Of a DNA stretch of 33,458 nt, positions 11,698-22,838 are shown in pieces. The notes under the pieces are model-generated. The model worked only from the letters and a program-made list of their open reading frames with translations. It had not been told where the DNA came from and made no database searches. The DNA comes from Octopus bimaculoides. Lineage: Eukaryota. The position numbers and the translations under genes were made by a program. The stretch is taken from assembly GCF_001194135.2 (NCBI RefSeq), contig NC_068982.1, positions 143,974,098 to 144,007,555 on the forward strand. The letters run 5' to 3'. The first letter of the stretch is position 1; each line of letters opens with the position of its first letter.

Positions 11698-11732
11698 GCC
11701 CGTGGGCAATTATGGAGTGAATTTTTAGGGTT

Positions 11733-12245
11733 TATAAATCTAATATTTTCCTATCCTTCCTTAATACCGGTTCCTATATGCTGCTCATATCTGCACTCCA
11801 TCTGCTTAGGAGGTTGTTGTGTCCTAACATATGTGCTGCTTCTTTTAGTTTTCGTATTTTCCAGTGGTGTTCTCTGTCTATTATTTTAACTTCAACCCAC
11901 AGGGGGGGGGGGGGTCTCCAGTTTTCCATACACGATCAGCTATACCTGATTTATCAATATCTCCTCAATTCAGAGCTTTGCGATGTTCGTCTACCCTTAT
12001 TTTGAGGGGGCAGCATGTTTCGCCTTTGTATAACCTACCACAGCTGTATGGGATGGAGTACATGCAGTCTTTGGTCATATTCTCTTCTGTTGGTGGTTTT
12101 ACTCAAAGGAGTAAAACACTTCGCAAATATCTCCTTCGAGTAAAACCACCAATAGGCTAGACGGTATATCAGCTGAAACGTGTTAACAACAAACAAGATG
12201 AGGATAAATATCTGTTGAACGTAAATAATTCCTCATTTCTTAAAT
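11733..12245 (-). mobile_element. Penelope-like element fragment: degenerate GIY-YIG endonuclease plus inverted segment
   Basis: Minus translation KPPTEENMTKDCMYSIPYSCGRLYKGETCCPLKIRVDEHRKALN*GDIDKSGIADRVWK...(frameshift)...WVEVKIIDREHHWKIRKLKEAAHMLGHNNLLS fits the Penelope GIY-YIG layout (xxY..C-CG..YxGET, catalytic R and E). 12112-12245 is in the opposite orientation. Confidence 0.88.
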
Positions 12246-12258
12246 ATAGAACTGTAAC

Positions 12259-12478
12259 ACCAATACCAGTTGTCAAGTGGTGGTGGGAGACAAACACAGA
12301 CACACACATATGTATAACAGGCTTCTTTCAGTTTCCATCTACCAAATCCACTCACAAGGCATTGGTTGGCCTGAGGCTATGATAGATTTTTACCCAAGGT
12401 GCCACACAGTGGGACTGAACCTGGAACCATGTGGATGACAAGCAAGCCTCTTACCACACAGCCACGCCTGTGCCTATG
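12259..12478 (-). mobile_element. tRNA-derived SINE with 'accttgggcaagt'-type (CORE-like) centre
   Basis: Reverse complement of the family at 13220-13632 and 31722-31900. Confidence 0.85.
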
Positions 12479-12861
12479 AATATACAACAAAATAAGCAAC
12501 AGAATTATTTGTTTAATGAGATAAATGATGCTGCCTGATTGAGATCAGGTTCCAGATTTCAGGCTCAACGAAACCTAGTCTTAAGTGTTGATCATGTTTT
12601 AGAAGGCATCTACAAAATTTAGATTATTCTCGAAGATTTGGAAACTACTTTCAAATTTTTATGGCTTATCTTTATCAGCATTTTCATGAGTAATTGTTTT
12701 ATAAACTGCAGAGTCATGAAATTTTGAACTTTGTTCATGAGTTTGCAGACAACCTGTTGGCAACTATGATACTGTATCATTGCCTGGTCTACTAAAAATA
12801 GCAGCTAAATAAATCTACTTAAAATTATACTCCACTTCTAAAAACTTAAAAACAGCACATT

Positions 12862-13020
12862 TGCTCATGGCTGTGATGTTAAGAAGTTTGCTTTGCAACT
12901 ACATGGTCTCAGGTTCAGTCCCACTACACAGCATCTTGGGTAAGTGTCTTCTACTACAACACCAGGTCAACCAATGCTTTCTGAGGGAATTTGGGGGATG
13001 GAAATGTGAGGAAGCCCATT
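12862..13020 (+). mobile_element. Degenerate SINE (same family as 13220-13632)
   Basis: 'ggttcagtcccactacacagcatcttgggtaagtgtcttctac' matches the family. Confidence 0.75.
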
Positions 13021-13219
13021 ATCAGTACAACTATGTTTGGGGGCAAATTTGAACCCTAAGAAAACCAATCACTATATCTTGTTATAGAGAAAATTTTGTC
13101 ACCGTAGACAAATAGGTGTAAACACCTCCATGATGAAATACACTGAATGGCTTTGAATATGCCCCAAGCATAATTGAACTGATAACAAGTTTGTATTTAT
13201 ACATGGAAATGACAAGGGA

Positions 13220-13384
13220 CTGGGAGATGTGGTGATTTGCTGTACTTGATAAGACATGTCAAGCCAAGTAAAATCATGGTCTTAACCACATGGTTCCAGG
13301 TTCAGGCCCACTACGTGGCACCTCGGGCCGACCAAAGCCTTGTGAGTGGATTTGGTAGACGGAAACTGAAAGAAGCCCGTCGTA

Positions 13385-13429
<45 letters not shown>

Positions 13430-13632
13430 GTGTTTGTCCCCGCAACATCGCTTGACAACCAATGCTGGTGTGTTTACATCCCCGTAACTTAGCGGTTCGG
13501 CAAAAAGAGACTGAAAAAATAAGTACTAGGCTTACAAAGAATAAGTCCTGGGGTCGATTTGCTCGACTAAAGGCAGTGCTCCAGCATGGCCACAGTCAAA
13601 TGACTGAAACAAGAGAAAAAGAAAAAGAAAAG
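13220..13632 (+). mobile_element. Near full-length tRNA-derived SINE with internal (TA)n
   Basis: Head, 'gtgagtggatttggtagacggaaactgaaagaagcccgtcg', internal microsatellite, tail 'ggcagtgctccagcatggccacagtcaaatgactgaaac' plus A-rich end. Confidence 0.88.
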
Positions 13633-13644
13633 AGATATACATCA

Positions 13645-13858
13645 CCCATGTCAGTGCTGTGTAAACGCACCTGTGCTGCTGGTACACGAAAAACACCCAG
13701 CACACTCTAAGTGGTTGGTGTTAGGAAGGGTATCCAGCTGTAGACACCATGCCTCAATAAACAGCTGGAGTCTGGACAGCTCCCTTGCTAACCAGCTCCA
13801 TGTCAAACTGTCCAACCCATGCCAGCATGGGAAGCAGACATTAAATGATAATGATGAC
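13645..13858 (+). mobile_element. RTE LINE 3'-tail fragment (diverged subfamily)
   Basis: 'aagggtatccagctgtaga...gtccaacccatgccagcatgg...cattaaatgataatgatg' matches 11463-11600. Confidence 0.85.
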
Positions 13859-15319
13859 ATATCACCGCTTAGTATTTCATACACACACATACATACACAC
13901 ACAATTGTGTATGTATATATGTATGTATTAAGTACATGTGTGTTAGTGACCTACCAGTTTGACAGCCAGTGTTGGTTTGTTTGCAGTTCAGTAAAGGAGA
14001 CCAAAGAAGTACCAGAATTTAAAAAATTTCCCTAAATTACATTCTGCTATCTTAACAAAATGAATGGCACATGGGATACAGTATTTCCCAGCTTGCAAAT
14101 CAACGTAGGATATAATGTAAGTATTCAACATTGGCATCATCCTTCCAAATCCTTCAGCATTTCAAATGGAATTTTTGGTCCGCCAAAGTTGTCTTGGTGA
14201 ACAAGTCAACTTACTTTTTCTGAAAGCTGTAAATTTTGGTCTGAAAAATTCAACTTGTATATAAAAAAATATGGTAATTTGACTGTAAATACTCTGTAGT
14301 TGAAAGAGAGAGAGAGAGAAAAAAAGATGACCATAACTCATAAACTATTTGACCATTAGTCTGCTCAGTCATGACTGAACAACAACAACAACAAATAGTA
14401 TTGACTAAGTTCACTTCTCTCTTCATATAAGATCTTCAGGAGATAAACAAAAAACAGACAGTATTTATAAAAAGGAAATAATGCATTTATTTAACAGTTT
14501 TACAATTAATGGAATGATCAGGGGAGCAGGGAAATTATATGCTTATTTACATTAAGAGCAAAAAAAAAAAAAAAAAGTTTATCAGTCCAAAATAGCAGCT
14601 GCAGCAACAGCAGTAGCTGCTGCAATGTCCACTGCAGGTTAATGCCACTGTTGCTACAATTAGTGACCCATTAGGAGGTAATAAAAAAAAAAAAAGAGGA
14701 AAAAAAAAATTGAGCCACACTGCCACATCTCCACTCCCCTGTACAACAGAGGAGACGGAGTAGTAGGGAGATTTCAATATGAGTTTGCAATGGCATGTGA
14801 GCAGCAACGGCAAACATCCTTCCGTTTAATGCAAGGTAGGTCCTCATCTGAACCAAATACCTTTTATTTGTTGAGATGGGCTGAGGACGAACACATTCAC
14901 ACACACACACGCACACTTATATCTATATATATACATGCATACACACACGCACATATAAATCTACATTCATACATGAAAATAGATTTTTTTTTTAAATACA
15001 TTAGAGAGAAAAATATATAAGGGACAGTGGAAGAAAGGAGCTCCAAATGTAAGAACATACCATATTCTCAACAATGTTGCTATGTACATAAAACATTTTA
15101 TGATTTTGAGTATTTTTTTTTTGTTTATATATATTTATGTATTCCAAATTATATACCAACACAAATACACACATACATCCTTGCATATAATATAATGCCT
15201 CTTCATGATATGAAAAATAGTTTTACAAGAAAGGGAAGAAAATATTTTGCCTTGGCACAAACACTATATTTTTAGTAAGAGGAAGTGGAACTGTCAATGG
15301 TTTTTTGACTTGAGTACAA

Positions 15320-16320
15320 GATATTTTGTTTAATTCTGGAGGGATGAAAGGCAGTGTTGACCCTGGCCGGATTTGAATTCAAATCTAAAAGGAAGGTAAC
15401 TGAATTGAGTTTTTTTTTTGTTTTTTGTGTGTGTTCGTTTTGACTAGTTGCAAGGCCAAGATTTGTATGAGAGGTATGTAGTTGATTGGCAAGACCCTAG
15501 TTTTATTATTAAGTTTTGTTTATAAACTCTGGAAGGATTTGGAATTAAAAACAAGACATTTAAATAGTGAAAATAATTTAGTTCAGTTATCTTCAAACTC
15601 AACCATATTACATAATGACCTAATGAGCTGATGAGGAAGTCTCAATGCAGTTACTGAAACTGCTAGAAATGCCAGCCAAACCTTTGTCGAATCACACATT
15701 TCTGTTTTAAATAAGGGTGTATTTGTTAGTCCTCTGTACCCCTAAAACGATGGAACAGTCACAGTTGGAATGTTTTAGATAAGTCTAATCAGTCAAAGTT
15801 GACCTGGGGTTAAACAACCAACTCAAAGACTTCTAACACAAGCAGGACAAAAGGCCATGCATTTCATGAGATAGGAGAGAGAAGTATAATCAATTAATAT
15901 AGAAAGACTGCCCTCATTAATAATGGTTCCTAGCATAGGAACAAGGCCATAAATTTTGACAAGGGGGGGGGGATATGGTTGACTGAATCAATCTTAGCAA
16001 ACTGTATATAGATACATCTCTCTTTGAACAAAGGCAAAGTCAACTTCAGAGGGGTTTGAATCCAGAATATAAAAATGAGACTAAGTATTGTAAGGTATTT
16101 AATTGAACATAGTAATTGCTTCTACTACTAATGGTACTAAAGATATAGATTTTGAGGAGAGGAAATTGTCATTTTAATCAACTCCAATACATGACTATAT
16201 ATTTTATTGACTTGGGAAAGATGAAAGGCAAAGCTGACAAGATGTGAACTCAGAACCCACCTAAATACTTCAATGTAATATTGCCTGGTACTCTAAACAA
16301 TACTACATGCCACTACCCTT
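15320..16320 (-). mobile_element. Several CpG-decayed SINE fragments
   Basis: Repeated 'gatgaaaggcaaag(t/c)tgac...tttgaa(c/t)tc' motif at about 15340, 16030 and 16220. Confidence 0.7.
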
Positions 16321-17681
16321 AAAATAACAACAATGGAAGATTAAAATCCTAACTATTATTTGTTTTTGTTTTGTCTTGTTAACATCCAACATAACATTTC
16401 AATAGTGTTGAAAATCTTATTGGAAAAAATCTACAGATTAATAAGCAATGTATTTAAGAATAACTAGGTTCAGGAATGGCAGAATAAGCATTGAACTACA
16501 TAAATTAAGTGAATTACAGTACGTAGTTTCAGTGTTCTCCATGATCATTAAAAATAATTATCAGATATAATCATTTCGACTGATTGTATCCCTCCTTTAT
16601 GGAAAAATATCACCTTCATCACAACATTATTTATAAGAAACCATTAATTAAAACTGAAGAATTTAATTTACTATTTACACATGCAAAAGAAAATTACAAG
16701 TGATCTTTTCTCCATAATATAGGATATTTTCCAACAATCACAGAAAAATAATTAAACTGTCCAAACCCAGATGAAGATCAAGGAAAAGTAAAACTTTTAT
16801 AACTATTCTGGAAGTCATAGCAGAATTTGGTACTTTTTCCCTTTTTGTAATTATTTAATAAAATATATATTTCCACTTAATTCACATTTTAAATAATCCT
16901 CAACACAATACAATATTTATGTTATTTACTGATTTTTGCCTCACTTCCTTCCTTTGTCTATTAGACTGGCCTAAAACTTGACAATTACATGACTAGTGAC
17001 TTTGTAAAGATAAGTTCAATGGGAATCAAATTAGTTATCTATTTTATGTCCATTTTCCCATGCCAGCACAGGTTGGACAGATGGTAGGTAAATATATTTC
17101 AAAATGAATGAAATATATAATTTATTTATGAATAGGTGATGAGTGAAACTGTGAATAGGAGGGAAAGAACTTCATACTTGGACATAATGGAATAGAGGAC
17201 AACATTAGAAGGCTTTGTCTCTACATTGTTGAAAGTAATTTAAAGGAAGATTTAGCAGTTATTTCTAGCAGGTTGAGTGACTGTAGAGGCTTCATTGTTA
17301 GTTCCTCTGAGCCCATATAAATAATTAATTTCACTGCAAATATATGCAAACGTCAGTGGACTCTATATGAAACTCTAGTACTGATTTACTAGTCCAATTA
17401 GCTAGACATGAAGTATATTCTACACATTTTCATTCTACAAGAATATGTTGAACAACATGCTTGTAGGATGAGAATAAGTTTTTACATGTAGATGTAAGGA
17501 TGAAAAAAGAATGTGTTTAGATGTTAATCTGAGAGGATGTCATTTACCATGAGTCAGCAGAATCCACCAGGGTTAATATTTACTGAGATATCAGTAAAGG
17601 TTTAATAGTACAATAGTATTTTACTAAAATTAAATACAAATTTATAATAAATAATTGTGTAGTGTATGTATAAAGATGTAC

Positions 17682-17719
<38 letters not shown>

Positions 17720-18464
17720 CGATTTAGATACATCATAAATTGGATCAAGAGTAGAGCAGTATTATAAGACCAGCATCTCAATTAAAACTAATTGTAAGAG
17801 ATCAAAGAGGCAAGGTAAGACCCAGGATGGATTGGAAAGAAACATGTCTATGGAGAAGAAGTAATCTCTTATACAGCTTCTAATCTAGTAGTAATGGGTA
17901 CTGCTAATTTGCCTCACACATTTTGAGATGAAAGAGACATTACTGATTGATTAATTAATAAATATATTCTGTGCTGATAATTACAGTATGGCTTTTATGC
18001 ACTCAAGACAGAGGAGGGCAAAGGCTTAGAATGAGAGAGAAATGAACAGAGATTTTGCATTTAAAAATGAAAATAATTTAGAAGATATGACATAAATGAA
18101 CAGATATATTTAAGGGAGATATGGGCACATAGTTGAGTGGTTAAGAAGTTTGCTATTCGATCATGAGGCACTCGATGCACAATCCTGCCACATAACAAAT
18201 TGGGTTGGTCTTTTCTATTATGGCCCTGGGTCAGCCCAAGCTTTATGGGTGAAGTTGAGTAGACAGAAACTGTTGTTGAACCCTATTGGATGGACTGTAC
18301 TTGTATCTAAAGATCAACTTTGTCACCCACACAGTCATGTTGATTTAACTTGGGGATTAAGTCTAAATTGTATAATAGAATGTGTAAAGTAGTTTTCTTG
18401 ATCAAACTGGAATACTTATTCATTTCCACTGATAAAAGATCCGTTTAGGGAGATATTTTCTTAA

Positions 18465-18684
18465 CCCCTTAGCATTTAAACTGGGCATAACCAGCCCTAA
18501 TATTATGTGTGTTTTATGCTAAAACTGACCAGATCCAACCTCTTACACCTCCCCTACAATGTCATTCTAAAAATATACAATCACATCATCAAAATCCTGA
18601 AGTTACAAGATAATGCATGATTAATTCAAAACAATATGAACATATAAGCAATAACCTGGACAAAGAAATCTGAATGTTAAAGGG
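18465..18684. mobile_element. piggyBac-type MITE
   Basis: TTAA TSDs at 18461-64 and 18685-88. CCC...GGG ends with TIRs ccccttagcattta / ccctttaacattca (rc). Confidence 0.82.
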
Positions 18685-19129
18685 TTAAGACATTGCTGCT
18701 TCTCCCACAAAACAAGACAAGGGCATGATAAAGAGTAATGATAATGGGGCAAAACAGGAGATGAAAAGAAAAAAAAACCCTATTAAAATTTTAAGAATGT
18801 TAAGTTGGTTGGATTAACTCAGTACGTTACCAGTACTTATATCAAACCATTTCCAATCCAATCCTAATGAGCAAGGAAAATTAGTTTAATCTTAACTGAT
18901 GGTTGATGTCATTTTTGTGTGAAAGTATGGAATGACTGTTAATAAAGAACAAAATATTGATTTATTATGTTAATATTATGAATGGCATTACCCTGTTATC
19001 TTTCTGTATTAGACTTATTACGTTAATATTGATTAAACTGTAAAGACAAATTTTCAGAGTCAGGACTAACAAGTCTTAAACAGAAATGAAAGTGCATTTA
19101 ATAACTGCTTCTAATTTAAGGATGAGGCC

Positions 19130-20430
19130 AGTAATTTTGAGGAGAATGGAATTAGTAGATTAAAGCAATCCCAGTATGTGACTGGTACTCTAATTTTATC
19201 AACTTGAGAGGGATGAAAGGCAAAGTTGACCTTGGTGGGATTTGAGCTTAGAACATGAAGAGCCAGAAGAAATACCACAAAATATCCATTCCAATGCTCT
19301 GACAACACTGTCAGTTTGCCAACGCAATAAAGAAAGTAATAATCCTTTCAACTATAGGCATGAGGCCTGAAATTTGAGGGGAGTGGAGAGGAAGTGGGGC
19401 TAATTGATTACATTGACCCAGTATTCAACTGGTACATATTTTATTGACCCTAAAATGATGAAAAGCAAAGTTGACTTGGCAGAATTTGAACTCAATGTAA
19501 AGACAGGAAAAATACTACTAAGAATTCTGACAGCTTGCTGCCTTAATAATAATAATAATAATGATAATCCTTTCTAGTATAGGCACAAGGCCTGAAATTT
19601 GGGTGGAGGGGATAAGTCGATTACATCGACCCCAGTACTCAACTGGAACTTATTTTATTGATCTCAGCAGCATCTGAACTCAGAATCTGAAGACAGACGA
19701 AATGTCATTAAGCATTTTTCCCAGCATGCTAATGATTCTGCTAGCTTGCTGCCTTAAATAGTAATATTGATGATGATGATTTTTAACTTTGGCTCAAGCC
19801 AAATTTACTTTTATACTGGAATTGGTGGGGAAAGCTGATCCAATTAACTCAAGTACTGAAGTGGTACTTATTTTTGTTGATCCTAACCCAAGGGATGAAA
19901 AGCAAAGCCACCCTCTCAGTATTTGAGCTCAGAACTTAAAGGCACATTAACTAAAGTCATTTAGTCTGGCACTTCATCATTTCCGCCACTCAACAGTTTC
20001 TTACAAACATAGAAATGTATAGGATGAGGAGGGCACGGCTGATTGAATCGACTCAACTAGGAGTGGAACATATTCCGTTGATTTTGGAAGGATGAAACGT
20101 AAAGTCGACCCTGGCAGGATTTCAACAACAACAATGAAACTATTTTTTCTTTTTTGTTTTGTAAACTAATTTTTTTTTTTGTTTGACTAGACGTAAAGGC
20201 ATTTTATGTAAGGAAAGATATTGACAGTTGAATGAACCCTAATAAATTTACCAGCCCTCATAGCTGAACACTAGAGAGAAAAAAAGTGTAATGACAACAA
20301 ACAGAATCTAAAACCAATAGAAAGGTGGAGGGAGGGAGAGCAAAATATCAAAAACCAAGGATTGATAGGTATATTAAGTCAGAAACTTTATATCAGCATT
20401 CCTGCCAACACCACTGCCCTTCATAATCAT
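19130..20430 (-). mobile_element. Head-to-tail array of at least 5 same-orientation SINE copies
   Basis: Recurring 'gactcaactggtac(t)tatttt...gatgaaaggcaaagttgac...tttgaactc' at about 19180, 19420, 19630, 19860 and 20060. Confidence 0.8.
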
Positions 20431-20468
20431 TAAATAAGTATGTTTACAATTATACGTGTGTCTGTGAG

Positions 20469-20494
20469 TAATATTTTATAATATACATACATAC

Positions 20495-20547
<53 letters not shown>

Positions 20548-20570
20548 CACACACATATATATATATATAT

Positions 20571-20640
<70 letters not shown>
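20469..20640. repeat. Compound (TA)n/(CA)n/(TATG)n microsatellite
   Basis: Visible directly in the sequence. Confidence 0.96.
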
Positions 20641-20725
20641 CAATGTTTCTCATATGATGTGCTGTCAGCAAAAAGGCCCGGCTGAATGAATCCCTTGATT
20701 TAGAGAGAAACATAATACTGGGCTC

Positions 20726-20732
20726 TATAAAA
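20726..20732 (+). promoter_or_regulatory. Candidate TATA box for the orphan ORF
   Basis: TATAAAA about 85 nt upstream of the in-frame ATG at 20815. Weak evidence in AT-rich DNA. Confidence 0.3.
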
Positions 20733-20838
20733 CTATATATATATATATATATGGTGGTTGTCTACTCCTTAAACAGAGTTTGACCACCTCCTGCACCTAC
20801 ACCTTAGCCCTTTCATGGCGTCTGATGTGGCTTTTTAA

Positions 20839-22803
20839 ACCAGACAGTGTTTTGAAAAAACACCCACACAGATTGCACCTCTGATTTGCACTACCAATAC
20901 CTGCAAGTGTTCAAATAATCCAATCGCTATATTAAATGGGACCAGTTTTTCCGACAGTCCTATTCGACAATGTGTCCGACAGTCCAAGAGACAAAGAAAC
21001 AAGATCTTGAGCCGTATATTACAGGCAATTTGTCAAAATCGAGACATTAACATCTTCGTCCAGCTGATGAAACTTTTAAACTGTAATAAAAAACACAAAC
21101 GTTCTGAAGATTCACTAAATTGTAAGATTGCTATTGATGATAACACTGCCCTTAGTAGTGCGAAAAAGAATAAGAAATGCAAGGATAAACCGGGAAATAC
21201 CCTTTCTACAATTTCGCAAAATAATAAAACACGTACTGCCTGGTGTTCACGTCACATAACACAATTTATTGAGATTTTAGGCTTGAGCGAACAAATATCC
21301 AAAGAGAAAACACATAACTCAAGTTTCAAAATTACAGAAACAAACAAGAATCAAAGCTGCCAAATCCTTAAAAATAAACCATTAGCTTTTCTAGAAACTG
21401 TCTTGAAAGTTCTGAAGATGAAAAACTACCCGGAATTGTTGTTGATTATAAAGCCAAGTCAAAAAGCGATTATCAACAGAAATATTAGAAGAAATATTCT
21501 TCAGATTGCCATTCGTACGAAACCCAAAATACAATGTAAAAATAACAGGATGATAGAATTATTTAAACCAAAAGATTTTCATACTGCAAACAAGCTTGTT
21601 ACTAAAAACAATTGTTTAAGCGAAAAATCTACACATTCGCCAAACTCTGGTGACGGTAATAAATGTAACTACGATCTCAAGGAGAAAATTGCTGATGACC
21701 ATAAAGAATACGTAAATCCCAGCAAAACTCAAAGTGCATCAGAGAATTCGACTAAGGTTGAAAAAGATTCAAGAAACACAAATGAACCTGTGGAACTTAT
21801 AAAATTTCCCAAAACTCCTAAGAAAATGATTGATCTGCGATCAATAAAATGTTCCAATAATAAAAAATTGGATCAAAAAAAGAAACCAAAACACACAGTA
21901 AAAGATATAATAGTTGAAATAATAAAGAGCAATTTGGAGAAATCTAAACTATCTTCCCTATCTTCTGTGAAATTAAATGAAGATATAAATAAATTTAATA
22001 CATCTGGATCTGGACCATCGATGTCCCAAAAAGTAAGCGCTTGCTATGACATAAATTTGACTAGATCAAACTATTTACAACGAAAGGGTGTTGAACCGAC
22101 TGAGAGCGTGCAAACAGGTCCAAAATATTCGTTGTTATGTAAGAGAACAAACGAAAGTGATTTAGGGAATGCACCCGATCGACCTTTAGCGAAAAGAAGG
22201 CCTTCAGGCATTGATGAAAGATTTTTTGATGATAATGTTATACTGACAGGTGTACCTTGCTCAGCAGAATTCAATGAGGTTATTGAAGAAAGAATAAAAG
22301 ATAGTCAAAACATGGCGATACAAATGTATAAATGCAGACAAGAAGATGACGTTAAAAACGAAATATCGAAGTATAAAAGGTGTTTATCTTTCCTCGAACT
22401 AAAGCAACGCTTCGAATTAACAAGCACGTTAGGCAATTTTATGTGTTGTCCCATCGATAGACAAATCTCTTTACATGTTCAACACTTAAAACAAAGACGT
22501 CTCTTAGAACAACAGTTGAACTCTCGACTAACGCGCCTTGAAAATAGATTTGAAAATTTGTTTGACGGTCTTACCAATCGACAGACAAAAGTTCTTAATG
22601 TTTTGAACATGGACTTCGAGAAAAACTCGTTAACAGCTAGATCCCTAACACTTCCTCTACGTAAAGGACCAACTCGTGAGAACAAACATTCAATTTGCTA
22701 TCAACAAATCACGGCTGCACCTTCTATAATGATAACACTTTTGAGAGAAGATGAAGTTTATGACACTTTCTACAGTCACAGGCTCCCTTGGAATCACTTA
22801 TAA
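20839..22803 (+). CDS. Long intronless reading frame (654 open codons; first internal ATG at 21067 gives 578 aa); Lys/Asn-rich orphan protein with probable C-terminal coiled coil
   Basis: No stop from 20839 to the TAA at 22801-03, which is very unlikely by chance in AT-rich DNA. The track start at 21007 is TTG. AATAAA at 22833-38. No TE or known domain recognised. Confidence 0.85.
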   Translation, partial: TRQCFEKTPTQIAPLICTTNTCKCSNNPIAILNGTSFSDSPIRQCVRQSKRQRNKILSRILQAICQNRDINIFVQLMKLLNCNKKHKRSEDSLNCKIAIDDNTALSSAKKNKKCKDKPGNTLSTISQNNKTRTAWCSRHITQFIEILGLSEQISKEKTHNSSFKITETNKNQSCQILKNKPLAFLETVLKVLKMKNYPELLLIIKPSQKAIINRNIRRNILQIAIRTKPKIQCKNNRMIELFKPKDFHTANKLVTKNNCLSEKSTHSPNSGDGNKCNYDLKEKIADDHKEYVNPSKTQSASENSTKVEKDSRNTNEPVELIKFPKTPKKMIDLRSIKCSNNKKLDQKKKPKHTVKDIIVEIIKSNLEKSKLSSLSSVKLNEDINKFNTSGSGPSMSQKVSACYDINLTRSNYLQRKGVEPTESVQTGPKYSLLCKRTNESDLGNAPDRPLAKRRPSGIDERFFDDNVILTGVPCSAEFNEVIEERIKDSQNMAIQMYKCRQEDDVKNEISKYKRCLSFLELKQRFELTSTLGNFMCCPIDRQISLHVQHLKQRRLLEQQLNSRLTRLENRFENLFDGLTNRQTKVLNVLNMDFEKNSLTARSLTLPLRKGPTRENKHSICYQQITAAPSIMITLLREDEVYDTFYSHRLPWNHL

Positions 22804-22832
22804 ATTCAACAGAAAACATTTTTATTTATATT

Positions 22833-22838
22833 AATAAA
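22833..22838 (+). terminator. Candidate polyadenylation signal of the orphan gene
   Basis: AATAAA 30 nt after the stop, followed by T-rich sequence. Confidence 0.5.

Noticed and set aside
14750-14835. Plus-strand exon candidate (cag|...GDGVVGRFQYEFAMACEQQRQTSFRLMQ|gtaggt)
   Set aside because: Not phase-compatible with the neighbouring candidate at 14586-14637, no homology recognised, and local poly(A)/pyrimidine signals favour the minus strand.
15627-15665. CTGATGAG...GAAAC, hammerhead-like spacing
   Set aside because: Stem II does not pair (ggaag vs ttact), and the GAAAC belongs to the dispersed 'gaaactgctagaaat' repeat.
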